NCBI GenBank assembly: GCA_030390025.1
Contig: CM059431.1
Location: 134,046,001 to 134,110,000, forward strand
Direction of reading: 5' to 3'
Length of the DNA stretch: 64,000 nucleotides
DNA from: Squalus acanthias
Taxonomy: Eukaryota
Shown: piece after piece, positions 38,363 through 50,326 of the stretch
Layout of the letters: each line of letters opens with the position of its first letter
Position numbering within the stretch: the stretch's first letter is position 1
Notes under the pieces: model-generated
Told to the model about the DNA's origin: nothing
Databases searched by the model: none
Seen by the model: only the letters and a program-made list of their open reading frames with translations
Translations under genes and position numbers: made by a program

Positions 38363-40846
38363 TTACCTTTAATGAGTGGAATCCCCTTTGATTGATAAAG
38401 ATGCCAGGCTGGTGATAGGGAGCATGCATGACAATGTGCACGCAGTCAATGGTATCTTTCAGTGTAGGAAAGCCTGTAAGGCATGCAAAACCTAATGCTC
38501 TCTAATCTCTCATTCGCTCTGTCCCTAGGAAAGGAGATGTGTTTCTCCTGGTGTAGGGAGCTTCAGTGACATCCTTGATGCATGCAAACTGTGAGATGCT
38601 GCTAATGTCACCTGTTGGAGCCTGAAAGAAGCCCGTGGCATAAAAGTTGAAGGTCACCACCGCCTCCCCCCCCCCAACCAACCACTGCAACCTCGACCCC
38701 CTCCACCTGATCTATGCCATTACCCCCACCCCGCCCTCCCCAGCCCTGCCTCTCCCCTCCCCGATTGTCACCGTCAGCTAACCCCCCCCCCCCCCCAACT
38801 CGGATTACCACTACACTCCCTCCAAGTCAGCCACCTTCCTGGACGTTCCCTAACCAGACGCTCCATTTCCAATCACTCCCTTCTCAGTCGCCCCCTCTCA
38901 GATTGCCCACCTTCCTGGTCCCCTTTAATGAGTTACCCGAGGTCCGCTGCTGGCATTGCAGCGGCCCCACTTTCGAGTGCTCTTCACAGGCAAGCTGCCT
39001 GGGGATGTCTATTATATGCCCGCAGCTTGCCGGCTCAGTGATGAGGCCTGAGGCGCAATATCATGTGCACCTCAGGTCTATGGATTCAGACATGGGGACT
39101 GTTCCCTGCATCCCCATCGCTCGAATATCTAGATGCTTGTGTCTGTAATTTTGGATCTACAACACATGCATGAACACAAATCATCTAATGATGTTGATGT
39201 TGTCACAATATTACACCATGAAAATCAGCCTTTGTATTACCTTACAAGTAAACCAGTTTAACATAATGATCTCCCTCAGCATTTAAAATAAGAAAAAAAT
39301 CACAAGTTACTTGCCTGACCTGGAGCCATTGGAAGCTAAAAGGATCAGAATTTCATCTGCTGTACTGAGCAGGCAACAAGGACTTATTTTTAACATATGC
39401 ATATCCAGTCACGGTGATGTTATCAAGACCCAATTGCAATCTATAATAGTTTGGTTGAGTAGAAGACAGCATTGAGTTTCCCACTTAGGCCAACCTAATG
39501 GCGAAGAGGATCGGGGCCAGAAGAGGCCAAAAACAAGTTTTTTTGATTTATGTTTTACTTTCATTGTGAGGCCAGGAGGAGCAAAAGTGCCCCAGAAGGA
39601 ATGCTTAGACCTCTCCTGTCATGACCTCGCGTCTCCACCGTCCCCCCACCCCCTGATCGCGGCACCCCCGCAAAACGGCCAGGCAGCCGATCCCGTTGCT
39701 TCTCTATTGTTGGCAGATCACCTGTGGGCCACATGATTTGACGTCACTTAACGTTGTAGTTCCACCCAGAGCGGGTGAGAAATCGGCTGGCAGGATTTAA
39801 ATGAGGCCTCGGAGTTAAAGTACCTTGGACCCAATTTCTGGAGCAGTGGTGTTTCTAACTCACACTTCTGCTCATCTGTAGAAAACTGGCCCCGAGTTAA
39901 AATTGTGACTTTAAATTATATTAGGACCTTAAATTCTGTATTAATGTTGATCTCACTGTGATATAATAAGACAACAAATATCACCAAATGCAAAAGATAC
40001 AGCACACTAAACTTAAAAAAAAGTACGAAAACAACCACTGCTTATACTGTACTACACATTTAGGATTTCTGCGTAAGTTTACATCTGTCATGCGGTATGA
40101 TTCCTGTGCAGTACAATTAGTAAAAATCAACGAGAAGCCATAGGTTATCTAAACAGTTTACCATACCAGTTATTGCTTTGATACAAGGAGGAGCAGAATG
40201 TTAAAATAGGCACGAACATATTAAAAATCATGCTTTCCAAATCATTATTGAGCTTAGTTTACAGAGTTTTACAATCCAGTTGTAAAAATTTGATTAAGTA
40301 TGAATTCTCATTGAAAATTGATTTTTAAAAGTTTATAGACAACAGGAACAACTATCATGTAGAGAACTACCAGCAAGACAATAAGGGATCCAAAGGTTAT
40401 TTTCTAAATCAAGTTGGTGGACATAATTATTGTTGCAATCATAGCCTCAATGTTGATGTCCTATAATTTAATATTACCAAGATTAAAAATAGCTTTGCCA
40501 GCAGTTATCTTAGATGACATGAAAATATAAATATTTATAACTTTCCTTTCTCTCCCCACAAAAAAGTCTCAAATTAATCTTAAAAATGGCTCAGGATGTG
40601 GGGGAGAGGGAAATCAAATCTCTGGTTTTAAAATTTATATTTTTCTATGTTAAATGCAAATTATATTGATTCCAATTGGTAGGCCATAAATTTAAATGCA
40701 ATATAAATACTCTATTAGAGGATACATATTAGTAACATCATTATGGAGGAAACAACCATTTAGTTCCAACTAGTTTATAATCTTTACTTCTCCATCACAT
40801 AGCCCATGAGCAGATAAATAAATGCAGGCTTCTGTTGCTCATCTGT

Positions 40847-41068
40847 ACATAAGAACATAAGAAATAGGAGCAGGAGTAGGCCATTCGGCCCTTCGAGCCT
40901 GCTCCGCCATTCAATGAGATCATTGGTGATCTTCTACCTCAACTCCATTCACCAGCCCCATTGCCATATTCCTTGATGCCTTTACTAGTCAGAAATCTAT
41001 CGACTTCTGTTTTGAATATTCCCAATGACTGAGCCTCCACCGCCCTCTGGGGTAGAGAATTCCAAAGA
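40847..41068 (-). mobile_element. CR1 3' tail fragment
   Basis: ACATAAGAACATAAGAAATAGGAGCAGGAGTAGGCC, also seen at 31801 and 37090. Confidence 0.8.
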
Positions 41069-41233
41069 TGTACTCAAGTCATATGATCTCAAGGGATTGT
41101 GACAAAAGTAAATCACATTTTGGCTCATTACTGTGGAAGCTAATCTAGTAAAATCCTAAACATCTTCATAAACAAGTCTTTTAGTTGCAGTAACTCTCCT
41201 TTTGACCACTGACTTTCAAAATGCCCTTCTTAC

Positions 41234-41278
41234 TGTTTCACTATCTCGAGCTGTCATCAAATCAAACTGAATTGTTTT
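41234..41278 (-). CDS. Probable internal exon of host gene
   Basis: ttttattatattcag acceptor, ACA|gtaaga donor, 45 bp, phase 0-0: KTIQFDLMTARDSET. Confidence 0.65.
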
Positions 41279-41574
41279 CTGAATATAATAAAACAAATTT
41301 AAATTGAACATTGAAAGAAGAATAGCAACTCGGTAAAGAATAATTAAAATAAACAGATAAACATGGAAATCGACAACAGTAGATACAGCATGCACTCCAG
41401 ACATATATTTACAAAGTTATAGTGCAATTTATTTGGACTTCTAATAGCGGAGTTCCAAAAATCTGAATGGAGGAATTCAAGTGACTACCTACTTGAAATA
41501 GTGTTCCCACTAAATGAAAAAAGCTTCAGGATCATTGTAACAGTGCTTCAAAGAAAGTTACATATCTAACTTAC

Positions 41575-41666
41575 TGCCTCTCGTTTGGTATCAAAGGTTA
41601 TTGTGACCCATTTGACATTTGTTTGGTCATTACGCATGTTTTCAGCTTTTTTAACTGGTGAGAAAT
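41575..41666 (-). CDS. Probable internal exon of host gene
   Basis: ttttatatattcag acceptor, GCA|gtaagt donor, 92 bp, phase 1-0: xFSPVKKAENMRNDQTNVKWVTITFDTKREA; in frame with 41234-41278. Confidence 0.7.
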
Positions 41667-43531
41667 CTGAATATATAAAATGATTTCCTATATAACAGAG
41701 CAATGTGCACCACATAAATGCTGTTATTTGAAGGTACTTCAGTTTTAATTAAACACTCAATCCAGCTGAAAGAAAAAAGTTTTTGGATACTGAACATAAT
41801 CTAATACTTCCACTAAGCCTTGCAAAATGTAGCAAGAAAAAATGAGTAAGCTACTGAATTGATTTTACAATTTAACATTCTGCACACATGCCATTATATG
41901 ATAACAAAATTTTCAGACTTTGAAATGGAAAACTGATTGCTGGATATACAGATAGTATATGATGTTCAAACAGAATTCAGTACACAAGAAAAAGATGCTC
42001 AGTGTTGTTAGGACAGTTAGTGAAATCTGGCATGTTAATTGGCCCAGAATTTGCTGCCAAAATAATGGAGAGTTTAATGGTCCTAGGCGTTATTCATGTA
42101 AATCGTCTAGCAAGTTATGGTGAGGAAGAGATACCCCATGAATTGCGAATTGCCACAAGTTGTTTGATTAGCCTCGCGAAAATGGCAGCTCGCCCTCAAC
42201 CGCCCTGTGAATGTCATAAAGTTGCTGCATTTGCACAATAATTGACAATTAAACTCACCATAGGAAGTTAGGGCTAGTACTTAACAGTGTAAGTACCCTT
42301 TTAATCAGGAGATTTATGTTCCTGCAATGTCAATCAACCTCTTCAGCCCAGAAAGGGAATAATTTAAACTGTGGAGTCTCATTCCTACAGGTAATAAATT
42401 GCTATTAGAGATTTTTTTTACAATTTCACACCACCCAATGGGCAGAAGAGGGTTGGGTGGGTGTTTAAAATGTAAAAATCGGTTAAACCACCCCCAACCC
42501 AAAGCCGACACAGCTGCCGCAATTGTTATAGCGCCTGTCACCTGGTCCAATGAGTGTCCTACTATGGATAGGCTGGATAGTCATTAATATATTTAAATCG
42601 GGGTCCTTTACTGCAATAAAGATCCCGAATTTAATTTAACTACTGAGCAAGGCTTTCCCACGGGTCGGCAAGGTCGCCAAAGAAAGGGAGATGGAATTGG
42701 CAGGATATTTATTTAAGTGCTTAAATATAAGTTCCCAGAAAGCTTCTGCACATACAGGTGCTTCCTCAGTTCTTTGTGGGCTTCCGTTTTGTTACAGTAC
42801 CTGGCTTCAGATAGTGATTTTGAGACTCTATAGAGTTGACAAGAGAGAAGTCCATTATGGGTGCTGCATTTGCTGCAGGGTTCTAGACTAATGAAGAGGA
42901 GGTGGAAGAGGATCACCAGCAGCAAGAATGAACTGAGGGGGGAGCTACACATTGGCAGCAGAGAGGGCAGCAACATAGGGTCTATGCTTGCAGAAGGTTT
43001 GCAACCATCTTCAGCCAGAAGTGCCGAGTGGATGATCCATCTCGGCCTCCTCCTGAAGTCCCCACCATCACAGAAGCTAGTCTTCAGTCAATTCAATTCA
43101 CTCCATGTGCTATCAAGAAACAGCAGAGTGCACTGGATACAGCAAAGTCTATGGGCCCCAACAACATTTCAGCTGCCGTGCTGAATACTCCAGAACTAGC
43201 CGCACCTCTAACCAAGTTGTTCTAGTACAGCTACAACACTGGCATCTACCCGAAGATGTGGGAAACTGCGCAGGTATGTCCTATCCACAAAAAGCAGGAC
43301 AAATCCAATCCAGCCAATTACAGCTCCATCAGTCTACTCTCAATCATCGGCAAAGTGTGGGCTAATTAAGGAAAATCAGCACAGATTTGTTAAAGACAAA
43401 TTGTGCTTAACTAACTTGTTACGGGAAGGTCGTGTCTGACAAACTTGATTGAATTTTTTGAGGAGGTAACAAGGAGGGTAGAGCGTTTAATGGACTTTAG
43501 CAAGGCTTTCGATAAGGTTCCACATGGCAGA

Positions 43532-46500
43532 GAGGAGAGGAAACTGGGGGAGAAAGAGCAAAGGATGGCAACAGATGGCAAAGGAGCTCCCTAGGGAGCT
43601 GCCAGCCCAGGAGCCATCTTGTCATGTGACGCAAGGTTAAAGTTACCTGAGCCCACTGCCCATCCCCCGACCATGCCTGTTCTTTGTTCTCATTAGTGAG
43701 CACTGGCTCTTCACTTAAACTTAGCTTCCAAATTCCCAGACCTCTCTGCCATCAAGACTACGCTTCTCCACTGGACTAGTAATCTAGCGACTAGTGGATC
43801 GCGAGTGGAGCTCGGGGCCAGGGATCGCGAGAATATCAGTGCTAATTTAATCCTGTGAGAGACAGCATCACTCATGTCCGAGGCCAGAAACCAAGAGCGC
43901 TCAAAGACCAGCAGCAAGGTCAAGACCCAGGAGTGGCGCAGTGTGGACCAGCAGCGGGGTTGGGGCCCAGGGAAGGTGCGGCACGGACCAACAGCGAGGG
44001 CGGGAGGACCACAATGCATCCTACGGAACCCAGGCAGAGAGGACCTGCGGGAAGGAGGGAGGAGGACAGTAGGAGTATGTTTGTGTGTGTGTGTTAGGCC
44101 ATTGTAGCAGAGCCTGGTCTCCAATCGTCTTGGATCCCCTTGCCATTGGACCAAGACCTTGCTCTGTCAAGCCCGTGTGGTAGCTGGTGTGCAACGGCCA
44201 CCCCACGTTAAAATTCACGCACAGGCATCTTCCACCCTTTAAAATGAAGTTCGGGACCTGGAACGTCAGGACCCTCATGGACAACCCCAACAGTGACAGA
44301 CCGGAATGCCGTACTCCTATCGTTGCCCGGGAGCTCAGACGTTTTGACATTGACATCGCCGCCCTAAGTGAGACCCGGCGGGCAGGGGAAGGACAGCTCA
44401 AGGAGCAAGGTGGTGGCTACACCTTCTTCTGGAAAGGCAAACCTGAAGAAGTACGCCGCCCCCATGGGGTAGGCTTTGCCATAAAAAATGAACTAGTTCG
44501 GCGTCTCAGAGACTCCCTTAGCAGTATAAACGAGTGCCTCATGACTCTTCAGCTCACCCTAGCCCGGAACCAGTGTGCTATGGTCATCAGTGCGTACGCC
44601 CCAACACTGGAAGCCACAGACGAGACCAAAGAGGAATTCTACTCCAGCCTCGAACAATCCCTGTCCCGAGTTCCAACGGGCAACAAGCTGATCCTCCTTG
44701 GCGATTTTAACGCCAGAGTTGGAAAGGACACAGACCTCTAGGGAGGTGTGATCGGCAGAGAGGGGGTAGGGAAAGCCAAGTCCAACGGTACCCTCCTCCT
44801 GACGAAATGCTTAGAACATGGCCTTGTCATAACCAACACCTTGTTCCGGCAGAGAGACAAGTACAAGGCTTCATGGCAGCACCCTCGCTCCAAGCACTGG
44901 CATCTGCTGGACTATGTCATCGTCCGAGCGAGGGACCGCAAGGACATCCGCATTACCACAGGAGCTGACGACTGCTGGACAGACCACCGCCTAATCCGCT
45001 CTGTCATCTCCATCAATGTAGCCCCAAAACAGCAGCGGCAACAGAAACAATGCCGCAGGAAAATCAACGCTGGAGCACTCAAAGACCCCGCTAAGAAAGC
45101 CCTATTCAGCCTGCGCCTCACAAACAACCTGACGACTCCCAGTGATTCAGAGACACAGAGTGTCCACAGCGCCTGGTCTGTACTCAAGGCCTCCATAATC
45201 AGTACCTGTGAAGAGACGCTCGGTCACTCGACCAGGAAACACCAAGACTGGTTCGATGATAACGACCAGGAGATCCAGGAGCTAATAAGCCGCAAGCGCA
45301 AGGCATTCCTGATCTGGAAACAGCAACACAACTCAAGAGCAAGAAAGCAGCTCTACAGACGCCTGAAGGCCGAGGTCCAACAAAAAACTCGCGACCTAAA
45401 GAACAGATGGTGGGTGGAGAAAGCGCAGGAGATCCAGCAGCTAGCCGACAACCATGACGTGCGTGAATTCTTTAGCGCAGTCAAGACCATCTACAGCCCA
45501 AGCACCCAAGGTCCTACCCCACTGCGGGCCAAGAACGGATAGGTACTCATCAAGGTCAGGGAGGCAGTCAATGCCCGCTGGAAGGAGCACTTCGAAGATC
45601 TCCTTAACCGAGACTCTGTCTTCGACGCGAGTGTCCTCAACTCCATCCCGCAGCATGCTACCCGCCACCATCTCAGCACAACCCCAGCCCGGCTTGAGGT
45701 TGAAAAGGCCATCCGACAACTGAAGAACAACAAGGCCTCAGGAGCAGATGGAATCCATGCCGAGGCGCTAACGCATGGCGGAGAAGCACTACTGGCGTGA
45801 ATTCAGGAACTCATTTCTCTTATCTGGAAGGAGGAGAGCATGCCAGGGGATCTCAGAGACGCCGTAATTGTGACCATCTTCAAGAAAGGTGAAAAGTCCG
45901 ATTGCAGTAATTACAGAGGAGTTTCCCTGCTGTCTGCCACAGAGAAAGTCATCGCAAGAATCCTCCTCAATCGCCTTCTCCCAGTGGCTGAAGAGCTCCT
46001 CCCAGAGTCGCAATGCGGATTCCGCCCACTAACGGGCACAATGGACATGATTTTCACCGTGCGCCAATTACAAGAGAAATGCAGGGAACAGCACCAACCG
46101 CTGTACATGGCCTTCTTTGACCTCACAAAGGCCTTCGACACTGTCAACCGTGAGGGATTATGGAGTGTCCTCCTCAAATTCGGCTGCCCTCAAAAGTTTG
46201 TCACCATCCTCCGCCAGCTTGACGCTGACATGCAAGCCGTGATCCTGACCAACGGTTCCACCACAGACCCAATTCATGGATGGACCGGGGTCAAGCAAGG
46301 CTGTGTCATTGCACCAACGCTCTTCTTGATCTTCCTTGTTGCAATGCTTCATCTCACCCTCAGTAAGCTTCCCGCTGGAGTGGAGCTAATTTACAGAACA
46401 AACGGGAAACTGTTCAACCTCCGTCACCTCCAGTCCAGATCCAAGGTCGTCCCTTCCTCTGTCATCGAATTACAGTATGCAGACGACGCTTGCGTCTGCA

Positions 46501-47471
46501 CACACTCGGAGGTCGAACCATCATTAACACCTTCACCGAAGCGTACGAGAGCATGGGCCTTACATTAAACATCCGTAAGACAAAGGAACTCTACCAACCT
46601 TTCCCCCGCCATACAGTACTGTCCCCCGATTATCAAAATCCATGACAAGGCCTTGGACAACGTGGACCACTTTCCATACCTCGGTAGCTTACTGTCAACA
46701 AGGGCAGACGTCGATGACGAAGTCCAACACCGCCTTCCATGTGCCAGTGCAGCCTTCGGTCGCCTGAAGAAGAGAGTGTTTGAAGACCAGGACCTCAAAC
46801 CCGGCACCAAGCTCATGGTCTACAGAGCAGTAGTAATACCCGCCCTCCTGTATGCCTCAGAGACATGGACCATGTACAGCAGGCACCTCAAAGTACTGGA
46901 GAGGTACCACCAACGCTGCTTCCGCAAGATCCTGAAAATCCATTGGCAGGATAGGCGCACCAACGTCAGTGTTCTTGCTCAGGCCAACATCCCCAGCATC
47001 GAAGTTTTGACCACGCTCGATCAGCTCCGATGGATGGGTCACATCGTCCGCATGCCCGATACGAGACTCCCAAAACAAGCGCTCTACTCAGAGCTCCGAC
47101 ATGGCAAGAGAGCCCCAGGTGGGCAGAGGAAACGCTTCAAGGACACCCTCAAAGCCTCCTTGAAAAAGTGCAACATCCCCACCGACACCTGGGAATCCCT
47201 GGCCCAAGACCGTACAAAGTGGAGGAGAAGCATCCGGGAAGGTGCCGAATACCTCAAGTCTCTTCGCCGGGAGCAAGCGGAAGCCAAGCGCAAACAGCGG
47301 AAGGAGCGCACGTCAACTCAAGCACCCCACCCACCCGCCCCTTCAACCACCATCTGCCCCACCTGTGACAGAGACTGTAGGTCCCGAATTGGACTCATCA
47401 GTCACTTGAAAACTCATTTTTAATGTGGAAGAAAGTCATCTTCGGTTCCGAGGGACTGCCTAAGAAGAAGA
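43532..47471 (+). mobile_element. Full-length RTE-clade LINE, decayed
   Basis: TSD ACATGGCAGA (43522-43531, 47472-47481), (AAG)n tail, single EN-RT ORF. Confidence 0.95.
44244..47423 (+). pseudogene. RTE endonuclease-reverse transcriptase ORF with stops and frameshifts
   Basis: MKFGTWNVRTL, ALSETR, YAPT, LGDFNARVG, TDH, QCGFRP, FDLTKAFD, GVKQGC, QYADD, FPYLGS, C-terminal CPTC...H...H finger. Confidence 0.95.
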
Positions 47472-48621
47472 ACATGGCAGACTGGTCACGAAGTTAAAAG
47501 CCCGTGGGATCCAGGGCAAAGTGTCAAGTTGGATTCAAAACTGGCTCGGAGACAGGAAGCAGAGGGTAATGGTTGATGGTTTTTTTTGTAACTGGAAGGC
47601 TGTTTCCAGTGGGGTTCCGCAGGGCTCAGTACTAGGTCCCTTGCTTTTATATCAACGATCTTGACTTGAATATAGGGGATATGATTAAGAAGTTTGCAGA
47701 TGATACTAAAATCGGCTGTGTGGTTGATACTGAAGAAGGAAGCTGTAGACTGCAGGAAGATATCAATAAATTGGTCAGGTGGGCAAAACAGTGACAAATG
47801 GATTTCAATCCGGAGAAGTGTGAGGTAACGCATTTGGGGAGGGCTAACAAGGAAAGTGAATACACATTAAATGGTAGGACACTGAGCAGTGTAGAGGAAC
47901 AAAGGGACCTTGGGGTGCATGTCCACAGATCCCTGAAGGTAGCAGGCCAAGTAGATAAGGTGGTTAAGAAGGCAGACGGAATGCTTGCCTTTATTAGCCG
48001 TGGCATAGAATACAAGAGCAGAGGAGTTATGCTTCAAATGTATAAAACACTAGTTAGGCCTCAGCTAGAGTACTGCGTGCAGTTCTGGTCACCACATTAC
48101 AGGAAAGATGTGATTGCACTAGAGAGGGTACAGAGGAGATTTACAAGGATGTTGCCGGGAGTAGAGAATCTTAGCTATGAGGAAAGACTGGATAGGCTGG
48201 GTCTGTTTTCCCTGGAACAGAGGAGGCTGAGGGGAGACCTTATTGAGGTGTATAAAATTATGAGGGGCATAGATAAAGTGGATAGAAAGGACCTTTTTCA
48301 CTTAGCAGAGGGTTCAAAAACCAGGGGGCACAGATCTAAAGTAATTGGTGGAAGGTTTAGAGGGGATTTGAGGGGAAATTTCTTCACCCAGAGGGTTGTG
48401 GGGGTCTGGAACTCACTGCCTGAAAGGGTGGTAGAGGCAGGAACCCTAACCACATTTAAAAAGTACTTGGATGTGCACTTGGGATGCTCCAACCTGCAGG
48501 GCTATGGACCAAGAGCTGGGAAGTGGGATTAGGCTGGATAGCTCTTTGTTGGCCAGCGCGGACATGATGGGCCGAAATGGCCTCCTTCCATGCTGTAACT
48601 TTCTATGATTCTATGAACTTG

Positions 48622-50326
48622 ACGAGTTTTTTGATGAGGTAACAGAGAGGGTTGATGAGGTTAATGTGGTTGACGTGGTGTATATGGACTTCCAAAAGGC
48701 ATTTGATAAAGTGCTACAGATAGGCTTGCCAGCAAAGTTGAAGCTTATGGAATAAAAGGGACAGTGGCAGCATGGATACAAAATTGGCTAAGTGATAGGA
48801 AACAGAGAGTAGTGGTGAACGGTTGTTTTCGGAATGGAGGAAGGTACACAGTGATGTTCCGCAGGGTCGGTACTCGGACCACTGCTTTTCTTGATAAATA
48901 TTAATGACTTGGACTTGGGGAGTAAAGGTCACAATTTCAAAATTTGCAGATGACTCAAAACTTGGAAGTGTAGTGAACAGTGAGGAGGATAGTGATGGAT
49001 TTCAAGAAGACAAAGACAGGCTGGTGAATTGGGCAAACATGTGGCAGATGAAAGTTAATGCAGAAAAGTGCGAAGTGATACATTTTGGCAGGAAGAACAA
49101 GGAGAGGCAATATAAACTAAAGGGTACAATCCTAAAGGGGACCTGGGGGTATATGTGCACGAATCATTGAAAATGGCAGGGCAGGCTGAGAAAGAGGTTG
49201 TAAAAGCATGCAGGATACTGGGCTTCATAAATAGAGACATGGGGGAGAAATTCAGTATCGCCCCATTTGGGGCGCAATTATCGGCCGGGCGCAAAGATTA
49301 GCGCCTGGCGCTAATTATCGCCTCCGACTGCAAACTTGACTATTATCACCCCTGGAGGTGATTGGAGTGCTAAATCAGGCGCTTCATACCTGTCTTCAGG
49401 CGCAAAGGACGAGGAGCGAGGCACTACCTCAGAGCGCTGGCGAAGCTCATGTGATGTCAGTCAGCAATGGAACACACACACAATGGCGCCAGCCAGTTCT
49501 TAAAGGGGAGGGTTGATCTTGCTTTCCATCCACATCCTGCGCATTGCAGCCTTGAATCTCGGCCTGGAGAGACCTGTACATCAAATCTGCTGGAAAGAAC
49601 AATGGAGGCGCCCAGGGAAAGAGCTCAGAGTGCAGCCCCCACAGTCTCTTCTAAATCGATACAAGGAAGGGCAAATCAAAATGAACCTGCAAAGTGCTGC
49701 TCAGTACCCAAAACTCCTTCACACAGCGTTGAATCTCTTCAGAAGTCTCTCTCTCTCTCGCTCTCTCAGAATGCGTGGTTCAAAAATGTCACCAACAATA
49801 AAAGGCAGGAAGCGGTCGCCTTTAAATAGCGCTCCCCCTTTCCCTTCATGACTGCAGAACGCTCCCCTCAACCTGTCGTTGCTAGCGGCAGGCGGTAAGG
49901 CAGGGGGCGCCACTCAATATCCGCTCCGGGGCGCTACTGGGGTGATGCGCACTCGACTGACGTCACGATCTGCCGGTACAGGAGATCGTGGCGGTAGTGT
50001 TTAGCGCCGCCGCAAACTGTCTAGTTAATTTCGCGAGCGGCGCGAACATCGCCGCGCCCGGGCGCTAGTTGCTTTGCGCCCCATTAGTGCCCTCTTAAGG
50101 CGCTAATAGGAGACGCAAACAACTGAATTTTTCCCCCATAGAGTGCAAAAGTAATGCTTTATAAAACACTGGTTCGGCCTCAACTGGAATATTGTGTCCA
50201 ATTCTGGGCACCGCACTTTAGGAAGGATGTGAAGGCCTCAGAGAGGCTGCAGAAAAGATTTACAAGAATGATTCCAGGGATGAGGGACTCCAGTCACGTG
50301 GATAGACTGGAGAAGCTGGGGTTGTT
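48622..50326 (+). mobile_element. CR1 family B continuation (starts 43358; split by MITE 49241-50137)
   Basis: Near-colinear with 20066-20696 plus 23854-23925 plus 24619-24756. Confidence 0.88.
49241..50137. mobile_element. Harbinger internal-deletion derivative (MITE)
   Basis: TIRs GGGGGAGAAATTCAGT / ACTGAATTTTTCCCCC with a 2-3 bp TSD ((C)AT). Retains the Myb/SANT start MEAPRERA at 49601. Confidence 0.88.

Larger units (their letters stand above)
43419..48615 (+). mobile_element. CR1 family C (43419-43531 + 47472-48615) inserted in a family B CR1
   Basis: TSD AACTTG at 43413-43418 and 48616-48621; ORF 47798-48532; TATGATTCTATG tail. Confidence 0.88.

Noticed and set aside
44097..44230. HDV-like, twister or pistol ribozyme call for the RTE leader
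   Set aside because: The required core residues and helix order could not be fitted; kept only as an unclassified structure.
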